A stretch of DNA of 35,007 bases. Origin: a virus. Its lineage: Duplodnaviria > Caudoviricetes. The notes under the pieces are model-generated. The model searched no databases, was not told where the DNA came from, and worked only from the letters and a program-made list of their open reading frames with translations. Location of the stretch: positions 1-35,007 of the IMG/VR virus record IMGVR_UViG_3300025466_000107; one strand, given 5' to 3'. The stretch's first letter is position 1, and every line of letters starts with the position of its first letter. Below, one piece after another: positions 26,583 through 34,308 of the stretch. The position numbers were made by a program, and so were the translations under genes.

Positions 26583-28246
26583 ATCCCGAGTTCATTGAGC
26601 AGTTCCATTTTGCCGACACGCTCAGGGTGACATGCCCCAATTGCAAAACCGAGCGTAAGAAATCCAACAACAAAGACATGAGGCTGACCCGTCAACCAGA
26701 CGGGGCAGTTCTCTACCATTGCCATCATTGCCAAACAAACGGGTCAGTGCAACCCAAGGAGAGATATGTGTCAGCAGTACCCAACATTCAAGTAGTCAGT
26801 AACGCACTGACGACCCCTCACTATGATTACCTCAAGTCGAGGGGGATATCAAAAGAGACCGCAGATAAAATGAAGCTGTTTGCGGCGGACAAGTTCTTTG
26901 GTCGTTTAAACAAAACCAGCGCAGCCATCGGCTTCCCGTATTACCGAGACGGCGCTTTGGTGGCAGTCAAGTACCGTGCCTTCCCTGATAAAGACTTCAC
27001 GCAGGAATCAGGTGGGGCGCATGATTTCTTTGGAATAGATCACGTGGTCAAGGGTAAACCCTTGGTCATTGTAGAGGGTGAGATTGATGCCCTGACCCTC
27101 ATGGAGGCAGGGATAGAGAATGCAGTCTCCGTGCCTAGCGGTGCGCCCATCAAAGTAGCGGATGGTAAGGTCTCCCCATCAGAAGACAAAAGATTCGCCT
27201 TTGTATGGAACGCCAGAGAGATCATTGATTCTGCGCCTTATGTGATTATCGCCACTGATCAAGACACCGCAGGACAGGCGTTGGCCGAGGAGTTGGCAAG
27301 AAGGATAGGCAAAGACAAATGTCGGCTTGCCAAGTTCGACATGAAAGATTTAAACGAGGTATATCTTGATGACCCTTTTCGGATTGAAGATATCCTGAAC
27401 GATGCGACACCTTACCCGATCTCAGGGTTGTCGATGGCCGAATCTTACGTGGATCGTTTAAACGACCTCTACGCAGCGGGAACGGGTAAGGGTGCATCGA
27501 CTGGATATTCTTCGCTGGATAACGTTTACACGATAGCTACATCGCAGTTGTCTGTCGTCACTGGCTATCCTTCGTCAGGCAAGTCCAACTTTGTTGATCA
27601 GTTGATGGTCAATCTAGCCAAGAATGAGGACTGGAAGTTTGCAGTATGTTCGTTTGAGAATCAGCCCGAGATTCATATCTCAAGGCTCATGGAGATTTAC
27701 ACCAAGAAAAGATTCTTTGACGGCAAGGAACGGATGACTCAGGAGGAAAAGGATCATGCGTTTAAATGGGTCAATGAGCATTTTCTGTTCATTGATACAA
27801 ACGGGGAAGAGCCAAGCACACTGGAATCCATCCTTGAACGGGCAAAGGTGGCGGTGAAAAGGATGGGCATTCGGGGGATGGTGATTGATCCCTATAACTA
27901 CATCGATTTAAACAGGGACTCGACCGAGACTGAGGCTATCTCCAATATGCTTTCCAAGGTACAAAGGTTTGTTAAAACGCACGACATCCATTGTTGGTTC
28001 GTAGCTCACCCCTCCAAAATTAACCGCAGTGGGGTGGAACAACCACGGCCTGATGGCATGGCCATCTCAGGATCAATGGCATGGTGGGCTAAGACGGATT
28101 GTGGAATCACAATCCACAGAAAAGATCATTACGTAGAGGTGGCAGTGTGGAAATGTAGGTATAGATGGGTGGGTACGCAGGGGGAAACGACCCTTCTATA
28201 TAACAAGACATCAGGCACGTACTCCGAGAACCTCGACACCTTCTAG
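26579..28246 (+). CDS. Bifunctional DNA primase-helicase (T7 gp4/Twinkle-like)
   Basis: Zn finger CPNC...CHHC; TOPRIM EGEIDA and DQD; Walker A GYPSSGKS; VIDPY, VAHP and SGS SF4 helicase motifs. Confidence 0.92.
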   Translation: MNPEFIEQFHFADTLRVTCPNCKTERKKSNNKDMRLTRQPDGAVLYHCHHCQTNGSVQPKERYVSAVPNIQVVSNALTTPHYDYLKSRGISKETADKMKLFAADKFFGRLNKTSAAIGFPYYRDGALVAVKYRAFPDKDFTQESGGAHDFFGIDHVVKGKPLVIVEGEIDALTLMEAGIENAVSVPSGAPIKVADGKVSPSEDKRFAFVWNAREIIDSAPYVIIATDQDTAGQALAEELARRIGKDKCRLAKFDMKDLNEVYLDDPFRIEDILNDATPYPISGLSMAESYVDRLNDLYAAGTGKGASTGYSSLDNVYTIATSQLSVVTGYPSSGKSNFVDQLMVNLAKNEDWKFAVCSFENQPEIHISRLMEIYTKKRFFDGKERMTQEEKDHAFKWVNEHFLFIDTNGEEPSTLESILERAKVAVKRMGIRGMVIDPYNYIDLNRDSTETEAISNMLSKVQRFVKTHDIHCWFVAHPSKINRSGVEQPRPDGMAISGSMAWWAKTDCGITIHRKDHYVEVAVWKCRYRWVGTQGETTLLYNKTSGTYSENLDTF

Positions 28247-28262
28247 CTCATGGGGTGAGCTT

Positions 28263-28363
28263 TGTTTAAACGCAAGGCTTTCCCTCCGCCAGAATCCCCA
28301 GGAACAGTTGTTTAAACGCAATGACCTACCTGGAACTCACAGCGGTCTTCTGTTTAAACGCAA
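28263..28363. repeat. Three direct copies of TGTTTAAACGCAA
   Basis: Exact 13-mers at 28263, 28309 and 28351 (spacing 46 and 42 bp) in the convergent intergenic gap. Confidence 0.9.
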
Positions 28364-28377
28364 ATCCTGGTGGGGAC

Positions 28378-28403
28378 AAAAAAAAGCGCCCCGAAAGGCG
28401 CTT
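28378..28403 (-). terminator. Intrinsic terminator of the leftward early operon
   Basis: AAGCGCC-CCGAAA-GGCGCTT stem with an A8 tract on the plus strand, directly after the stop at 28402. Confidence 0.8.
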
Positions 28404-28629
28404 AAGTTTTACATTTATATACCGCTCCAAACATCGTTTTGTACTGGCCAAAGGCTCGTGGGGTTTTATCGTACCCCATCTTGTAAACCCTCCATCGGCC
28501 ATCGTACTTGATGTATTTCTCCCCTGCGTTGACCTCCATGTCAGAGTTTATAAGTTCAATAATATGATCATATTTGTACGTCTGCTTTAGGAAATCGGGG
28601 TCACGGCACGTTAAGGCTTTGACCTTCAA
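28402..28629 (-). CDS. Hypothetical protein
   Basis: 75-aa coupled ORF, last gene before the terminator. Confidence 0.7.
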   Translation of the reverse strand: MKVKALTCRDPDFLKQTYKYDHIIELINSDMEVNAGEKYIKYDGRWRVYKMGYDKTPRAFGQYKTMFGAVYKCKT

Positions 28630-28835
28630 TGCATAGGCTTGTTGGGTGCAACAAGCTCATCATAGAGAACCGATGAATAATTCAGGAAGTCTTCCTTCGT
28701 CACGTCATTGTGTCTCATGATGTTTAAACAGACACTCATGAGGGTAGCAAAGGCGACCTCCTGCTCTATTTCGTTTTCAATGAGTAGATCAACAACCTTG
28801 TCGTTGAGGTCAACGATTTGTTTTAATGGGTTCAT
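28626..28835 (-). CDS. Hypothetical protein
   Basis: 69-aa ORF, GGAGG SD, ATGA overlaps. Confidence 0.7.
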   Translation of the reverse strand: MNPLKQIVDLNDKVVDLLIENEIEQEVAFATLMSVCLNIMRHNDVTKEDFLNYSSVLYDELVAPNKPMH

Positions 28836-29065
28836 ATTCCCTCCACTCGTTTGACAATGTCCATTGCATCGGGTTCATAGGGTGCAAGCACCTTAATGAG
28901 TTCATACATCTGCGGGGCAAAGGCAATCATCCTTGCGTTGTCCCTTTGTGCCTCAAGGGTCAGCACTTTAGATGAACAGTCAGCGATCCGAACATCTCCC
29001 GCTTTTGTGTATTCCCACACTGTCGTTTTATCGGGCGAACCGATCCACCATTGTTTAAACATCAT
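28832..29065 (-). CDS. Hypothetical protein (IADC...NARMIAFAPQMYEL phage motif)
   Basis: 77-aa ORF with GGAGG SD. Confidence 0.7.
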   Translation of the reverse strand: MMFKQWWIGSPDKTTVWEYTKAGDVRIADCSSKVLTLEAQRDNARMIAFAPQMYELIKVLAPYEPDAMDIVKRVEGI

Positions 29066-29154
29066 GGCCTCCAGTAAAGTAGATCAATCAATATAACAAC
29101 AACGGCAATCGCATAAGCGAGGGTCAGCGCCCATGAATCATCAATTGGTTTCAT
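29062..29154 (-). CDS. Small membrane peptide (30 aa, ending DLLYWRP)
   Basis: Translated by hand as MKPIDDSWALTLAYAIAVVVILIDLLYWRP; fills the gap and is coupled. Confidence 0.55.
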   Translation of the reverse strand: MKPIDDSWALTLAYAIAVVVILIDLLYWRP

Positions 29155-29335
29155 CTTCAGTCTCCCATGAACGGTTTTCAAACTCAGTCACCAATGCCTC
29201 GTCTGACATTTTGTCATAGGCAATCCCAAAGCGCAGAATGTAATCCAAGTACTCAACGTCATCATGTTGCATGGCCTGACGTATTGTCTCAATATCATCT
29301 TCGACTAATCGGTCAATCATTACTTGTCTATTCAT
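29141..29335 (-). CDS. Hypothetical acidic protein
   Basis: 64-aa ORF with GAGGAG SD. Confidence 0.7.
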   Translation of the reverse strand: MNRQVMIDRLVEDDIETIRQAMQHDDVEYLDYILRFGIAYDKMSDEALVTEFENRSWETEDETN

Positions 29336-29336
29336 T

Positions 29337-29507
29337 TTAGTTCTCCTCGATTTGTTCGTCCACGTCCGACTGGTCGTATCCAGTCAATATTTCAGGCCGA
29401 TAATGGCTCAACACCTCATCAACACACCTAGAACATACCCTCGCAAGAGGGATGTTTTGTGCGTCTGTTTCCCACCATGATTCTTCTTTTGTATGATTAC
29501 ATCTCAC
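29337..29507 (-). CDS. Hypothetical Cys-containing protein (56 aa, GTG start)
   Basis: Translated by hand as MRCNHTKEESWWETDAQNIPLARVCSRC...; AGGGAG SD. Confidence 0.55.
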   Translation of the reverse strand: MRCNHTKEESWWETDAQNIPLARVCSRCVDEVLSHYRPEILTGYDQSDVDEQIEEN

Positions 29508-29676
29508 GACTCTTCTCCCTTTTTAGAATATTACTCACCCAAACCTCAATCTCTTGATCGGACATTCGGCCGATCACCACGCCTGCCAACTCGTAGAATG
29601 TCATGTTGGCCATCTGTTTAAACATAGCGTCCACTATGTCATCTCCCCACGTCTGCTTGATGGTTTCAATTTGCAT
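29497..29676 (-). CDS. Hypothetical protein (MQIETIKQTW...)
   Basis: Likely start at 29676 with AGGGG SD. Confidence 0.6.
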   Translation of the reverse strand: MQIETIKQTWGDDIVDAMFKQMANMTFYELAGVVIGRMSDQEIEVWVSNILKREKSREM

Positions 29677-29848
29677 GGGGAATTCCCCTGAAATAACGCA
29701 AAGCACTACGGTCATTATTGTCAAGGTCATCAATGCATGACTCCATGTCATCGAGCGCCTGCTCGAATGAATCAAGGCCTTGCAAGTCCATGTAGTCAAT
29801 GACGGCTTGCTCTGCTGACTCGCCTGTGTGAATGAATGGTGTACCCAT
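29666..29848 (-). CDS. Hypothetical acidic protein
   Basis: 60-aa ORF, GGAGG SD, TAATG coupling. Confidence 0.65.
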   Translation of the reverse strand: MGTPFIHTGESAEQAVIDYMDLQGLDSFEQALDDMESCIDDLDNNDRSALRYFRGIPHAN

Positions 29849-30021
29849 TATTTTTCGTCCTCCACTTCCATGTTGTAGGCTTTGTTTTCCTCCCTTTCAA
29901 TTTCATCCATCCATTCTTCCACGTAAGGGATTGGAGGGAAATCCTCCCTGATTTCAGTTGCGCCATCATCCCACGTGATTTGGACTGCATAAGATTTAAT
30001 TCTTCTATCAAACATTTTCAT
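29848..30021 (-). CDS. Hypothetical acidic protein (MKMFDRRIKSYAVQITWDDG...)
   Basis: Translated by hand; coupled at both ends; preferred over the 29796-30011 frame. Confidence 0.6.
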   Translation of the reverse strand: MKMFDRRIKSYAVQITWDDGATEIREDFPPIPYVEEWMDEIEREENKAYNMEVEDEK

Positions 30022-30188
30022 TCCCCCTTATTGAGTTTATTAAGATTGATTACTTCCTTCCGCTTGGCCTGTCTTTTCAGAATGACCCTCGCCCTCGCCC
30101 CGTACTTATCGCCCGATTGTGGAGCGCAACAGGGGCAGGCGAACCCCCCGTTGCCCACGACTGAAAACCTCTTGTAAATGCCCTTCAT
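30018..30188 (-). CDS. Small basic protein with GxGGxxCPCC motif (56 aa)
   Basis: Translated by hand as MKGIYKRFSVVGNGGFACPCCAPQ...; AAGGGGG SD. Confidence 0.65.
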   Translation of the reverse strand: MKGIYKRFSVVGNGGFACPCCAPQSGDKYGARARVILKRQAKRKEVINLNKLNKGE

Positions 30189-30197
30189 GATTCCCCC

Positions 30198-31745
30198 TTA
30201 TGCTACTAATTTGATTTGTTTAAACGATGCGTTTGCCAAGTCTTTAACATCCCTGATGCAGATGTTGTTCTCATACACTCTCGACACGTCTAACTCGATG
30301 CCCACGCCCACGGTTGTAATGCCGAGGTTGTTGCCCTGTTTGATCTGAGCGATCACCTCATCAGCCCATCCATTACCATCGGTGAGGACGAATGCAATTT
30401 TGCGTGACTCGGGACGTGCGTTGAGGATCTCATGAGCGTAGCGAATTGCAAAGTAATCGTTGGTTGCGTAATTTGGGTTGAACTTTGCAAGTATTCTCTT
30501 GGCCTTGGCCACTGGCGTATTGAACGGGACAAGTGTTGAGGTGCGGTGATTGAATGCAATGATCTGCACGGCCACGCCTGCCTGAGTGAGGGTCTCATAA
30601 AGTGCAACGCACGTCTTGACGGCATTTGTAGTGCGTGACCCTGACATAGATCCTGACGCATCGAGGACAATCACGACCGCAGAATCAATACCGCCCTCTT
30701 CATGATGGCGTTTAAACACACGCACATTACCAGTGGCAATCGATGCAAGTGCGGATGAATTGATCTGCCCTGCCTTGCGGTTTAATTGGTACTCATCAAG
30801 TCCTGAGTCCTCGAAAAGTTTACGCACTTCATGACGTAGTCTTGAAGGCACGGCCACTGTAGTATCGTGATTGAGGCGATCGCTAGTGTGATCCTCTGCG
30901 TCTCCGAGTCCTGCCTCTTTATTGTATGACCCGATGCCTGCTTGACCCTCGGGGACTTCACAATTCGGTTCTGTTTCCCGTGCGTCTTGGCCATCGACTG
31001 GAGCGGTCGCTACGCCTTGATCGCCCTCGCCTGCACCCTCACCCTCACCCTCGCCTGTTTGATCGCCCTGAGCGTCTCCTGTGGCCTCCTGAGTACCCTC
31101 CTCGCCCTTGTCTTGACCCTTGTCTTGACCCTTGTCTTGACCTTGATCTGGTGACTGCTTGGGCAGTTGTTTCAATTGAGACATGATCCACTCTGCAATT
31201 TTCAAGGTGTCACGGCTTGACTTGGCACTGTCAATTCGAACACTGGCCTCATCGAATATTGGAGCGAGTCCCTCGGGCAGTGCGATCCTCTTGGCGTAAC
31301 GTCTGCCGTGGCAGGCAAACAGCCAAGGGTAATTACGGGGGTCGGCCATGCCCTCAGTGCCTGCCTCTGCGATCATTTGATTAATCAGCTTGCTAAAAAC
31401 GCCTGCAACGTTGCCCGTCATGCCGTCTGCGATTGCCTTGCGCTCGATCCACACGTCCTCTACTGCGTTATGCAACTGTCTCATGTATTGAGTTGTGGCA
31501 TTGACTGAGAAATCAGTGTACCTGACGTGACACAATTCATGGATGACGAACCCCACGTAGCGATCCAAAAAAGCCTGAGTAAGGATCGCATCGTCTGCCA
31601 CGTCTGCGAGCTTGACGAACCCCTGCGAATTAACCGAGGCAGTGGGGATATTTTCCCAACTCATGCCGTTAATTTTAAGAGTGCTATTGGCGCTGATTTT
31701 ATTGAGGATCGACTCGACCCCTGCTTTGAATGTATGACCTTTCAT
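30198..31745 (-). CDS. CobT-like protein: N-terminal HExxH metallopeptidase-like domain, acidic G/E/D linker, C-terminal vWA domain
   Basis: VIHELCHVRYTDF and NAVEDVWIE; MIDAS VLDASGSMS, T, LTDG. Confidence 0.85.
   Translation of the reverse strand: MKGHTFKAGVESILNKISANSTLKINGMSWENIPTASVNSQGFVKLADVADDAILTQAFLDRYVGFVIHELCHVRYTDFSVNATTQYMRQLHNAVEDVWIERKAIADGMTGNVAGVFSKLINQMIAEAGTEGMADPRNYPWLFACHGRRYAKRIALPEGLAPIFDEASVRIDSAKSSRDTLKIAEWIMSQLKQLPKQSPDQGQDKGQDKGQDKGEEGTQEATGDAQGDQTGEGEGEGAGEGDQGVATAPVDGQDARETEPNCEVPEGQAGIGSYNKEAGLGDAEDHTSDRLNHDTTVAVPSRLRHEVRKLFEDSGLDEYQLNRKAGQINSSALASIATGNVRVFKRHHEEGGIDSAVVIVLDASGSMSGSRTTNAVKTCVALYETLTQAGVAVQIIAFNHRTSTLVPFNTPVAKAKRILAKFNPNYATNDYFAIRYAHEILNARPESRKIAFVLTDGNGWADEVIAQIKQGNNLGITTVGVGIELDVSRVYENNICIRDVKDLANASFKQIKLVA
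31105..31140. repeat. 12-bp tandem repeat (CCCTTGTCTTGA) x3, encoding QDKG x3 in the linker
   Basis: Direct inspection. Confidence 0.9.
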
Positions 31746-33130
31746 TATTTCACCCCCAAGTACTTGTTGAAAATTTCAGCGTTTAAACAGGCAGACCCGA
31801 TGCCCCTTAAGGCGATACCTGAGTCCTCGACCTGACGGTTAACCATGACTGACTCCCATGCCTCGACCATGCCAAGGTAAGGCACGGCCTGAATGAACCC
31901 GATCACCTGACGAATGGACGGTGCGTCCAGTATGTCCCCAGTCTCGACCTTGGCACGTGCAGTATGCACGGCCTTGAGTACGTGCGTGGCCAATTCACGA
32001 CTGCATCCTGTATGCTTGACCACTGCATCGATCTCAAGATGCATTGGCAGGAAAGTAAATTTGATCACTGCGGTAAAGCGATCACCCAATGCAGAGTTCG
32101 TTGTGCGAGTCCCTGCATATCGGCCTGTGGTGTCACCATTGAGGAGGGTATTGTCTGCCCCGAAAATAATCACGCCCTCAGCCTTACGCCACACTTGACC
32201 CCCGTAGGTGACCTTGGCATTGGGTTCGAGAAACCCGTTCAAGGGTGCTAGCTCGCCTTGGTCTGCGTTAGTGATTTCATCCAAGAGGATCACAGTCGAG
32301 GGGGCAGTGTAAGCCCGCAGGAAGTCACCCTGTTTAAACACTGTTGCCCCGTTCTCCAAGCCCACATCTCCAAGGTAATCCGAGGCAGTGGTGTACTTGT
32401 GAAAGTTGTAGCGCATGAACCCACGGCCTGTACGTGCCGAGAATTGCTCGGCAGTCTGACTCTTGCCTGTACCCTTTTCACCCCCGAACCAAGTATTCCT
32501 GCCCGTGTCCTGAGCGAAAGCGAGGGTTCGCAGAATGGACTCAGTCCAAATAAAGCAGGGGTCAACCGCAGGGGCAGTAGAGTCATTGTAGATATCGAAT
32601 TCAAAGGGGAGGTCAACCCCAAAAACATCAAGGCAGGATCTGCGATCCACTTTGACCACGGGGTTTAAATTAGCGACCTTGGCCTCTGACCCTGATGCAA
32701 TGACGGCCTGTTTAAACGGGGCAAAGGCGTTGTCAATCAGGGTCTCAAGCTTGCGATTGACCTCTGCCTGATCCACTCCAACGCTGACCTCGGCAATGTC
32801 TGCGAGTGAGTCCTCGATCCTCTGAATGGCCTTAGACTGCACGTCTAGGGTGTTGGTCAAGGCCTTGATTTTCTCGACTGATTCCAAGGCCACGGCCTGA
32901 GCATTATTGGCCACTGCCTCGATGGCAGGGTTAGCCGTACTGACAACGGGGGCGAATGGTAGTGCTTGTCTCACGTCATCGACACTCAATTTGCCTGCAT
33001 CGATTTGGCCATCGAGCCACTGGATCATGACGGTTTTTTCGGCAGGCGTTGACCCTGAAAATTTGATGTAAGCCCCTGCAATCGTTGCCGTGGGCAGAGA
33101 GGCCATGACTTGTTTGTTGACGATTCCCAT
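31745..33130 (-). CDS. MoxR/CobS-like AAA+ ATPase with a long N-terminal coiled-coil extension
   Basis: Walker A GEKGTGKS, Walker B ILLDE, ADNT sensor, NSALGDRF arginine finger, SIRQ; adjacent to the vWA gene. Confidence 0.9.
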   Translation of the reverse strand: MGIVNKQVMASLPTATIAGAYIKFSGSTPAEKTVMIQWLDGQIDAGKLSVDDVRQALPFAPVVSTANPAIEAVANNAQAVALESVEKIKALTNTLDVQSKAIQRIEDSLADIAEVSVGVDQAEVNRKLETLIDNAFAPFKQAVIASGSEAKVANLNPVVKVDRRSCLDVFGVDLPFEFDIYNDSTAPAVDPCFIWTESILRTLAFAQDTGRNTWFGGEKGTGKSQTAEQFSARTGRGFMRYNFHKYTTASDYLGDVGLENGATVFKQGDFLRAYTAPSTVILLDEITNADQGELAPLNGFLEPNAKVTYGGQVWRKAEGVIIFGADNTLLNGDTTGRYAGTRTTNSALGDRFTAVIKFTFLPMHLEIDAVVKHTGCSRELATHVLKAVHTARAKVETGDILDAPSIRQVIGFIQAVPYLGMVEAWESVMVNRQVEDSGIALRGIGSACLNAEIFNKYLGVK

Positions 33131-33141
33131 AATTTTTATCC

Positions 33142-33726
33142 TTATGCTAGGGTTAGAGCTTGGCCATCGATGGGGCAGGCAGGCAAACGGGGACTGCCGT
33201 ATTCATCGAATGCCCACTTAGAGGTGAGTCGAATGGTATAACCACAGGCACACATGGCCTTGAGCATCCTAGTGCCTTGAGTCTTACGGGTAGCGTAGGA
33301 CAATTGAGCATGAGGGTAGTCACCAAGGGATTGAATGATCGCCCCGTATCGTGACATGAAATCGACTGCCCCTGATGTTGCCTTGTATCCACGTGTTGCC
33401 GAGGGAACTAAGCCCATATAATCGGCGATGCGTTTAAACGTTGCACCATGATTCATTGCCCCGTTCGTTGTGTGGCAGAGTTCATGGATCACGCACTCAG
33501 CGACTGCTTGAGGGTCGGCCAATTCAGGGGAGATCAAAATCTCAAAGTGGTTATCGCCTGAGTTCTGAGCAGGGAAACACTCACCGATTGCACGGGAGCG
33601 CTTGGCATTCAAAGGGAAACCGCAAGTAATGCGAATGGCCTGCGGTAAGGGAAACCCGTAAAGGTCAAACATGGGGCGCAACTCTTGAATGAGTGCGACA
33701 AGATACTCCTCACGTGTAGAAAACAT
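33142..33726 (-). CDS. SprT-like zinc metalloprotease with a C-terminal Zn ribbon
   Basis: IGECF...EILISP...VIHELCH...HGATF; CACGY...PACP; GGAGG SD before ATG 33726. Confidence 0.75.
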   Translation of the reverse strand: MFSTREEYLVALIQELRPMFDLYGFPLPQAIRITCGFPLNAKRSRAIGECFPAQNSGDNHFEILISPELADPQAVAECVIHELCHTTNGAMNHGATFKRIADYMGLVPSATRGYKATSGAVDFMSRYGAIIQSLGDYPHAQLSYATRKTQGTRMLKAMCACGYTIRLTSKWAFDEYGSPRLPACPIDGQALTLA

Positions 33727-33804
33727 AAAACCTCCGATTAAAGAATGGCAATATCGCCACGTACAAGGCCAGTGTTTAAATCTCAACCTCTGAACCTTTA
33801 ACGC

Positions 33805-33834
33805 ATGATATCACTATTGGTTGACAAGGTGCAA
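33805..33834 (-). promoter_or_regulatory. Sigma70 promoter of the early SprT-MoxR-vWA operon
   Basis: Minus strand TTGCAC-18 nt-TATCAT with an extended TG; AT-rich UP-like tract upstream (33835-33858). Confidence 0.6.
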
Positions 33835-34153
33835 GTAATATTTTAATTTATTTTATTTGAGGGCAATTCAAAGCCTTATATATTAGAGGACGGCCTGCAC
33901 TGCGTTTGTGTATCTAAGTATTCATTTTGAGTTTAAGCATAGAGTATGCCAAGGGTCAATAACTTAACATAATCAGACCGATTTTTAGCCTCTTGGTGAG
34001 CCGATCGGGTGTCGGACATGGTTTACTATTGAAAAGTTTTTTTGAGCGATTCTAGGGGTGTTTTAAGCGTTTTAGAGAACTATAGTTCTAGCGTGTGTAT
34101 TTGAAAATAAAAGGGTTACAAAGTACATATAAATTGAATACTATTAATGTATA

Positions 34154-34229
34154 TGTGGATAAAGCTGGGTATAAACTGTGGATAACATCCTGTGGATAAC
34201 ATTTGTGAGTTATACACTACAGTGGATAA
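34154..34229. promoter_or_regulatory. Cluster of DnaA boxes
   Basis: TGTGGATAA (reverse complement TTATCCACA) exact at 34154, 34177 and 34191; one-mismatch boxes at 34166, 34210 and 34221. Confidence 0.8.
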
Positions 34230-34233
34230 GCTG

Positions 34234-34261
34234 TTGACAAGAACGACACTGTAATTACAAT
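34234..34261 (+). promoter_or_regulatory. Sigma70 promoter of terS
   Basis: TTGACA-16 nt-TACAAT. Confidence 0.6.
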
Positions 34262-34308
34262 CAGGGTTAGTCAGTGTTGCAGGTGATTACTACGGGGAGT
34301 GTTTAAAC

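Noticed and set aside
28263-28363. Mini-CRISPR array (repeats with ~30-bp spacers)
   Set aside because: Repeats are only 13 bp with three copies, there is no leader or cas operon, and the core is the genome-wide motif
31105-31140. Phase-variable repeat in the vWA gene
   Set aside because: The unit is 12 bp (in frame) within a low-complexity linker, so copy changes would not switch expression
30198-33130. Cobalamin biosynthesis (cobS/cobT auxiliary metabolic genes)
   Set aside because: No cobN or other cob genes; a generic MoxR-vWA pair is the more supportable call
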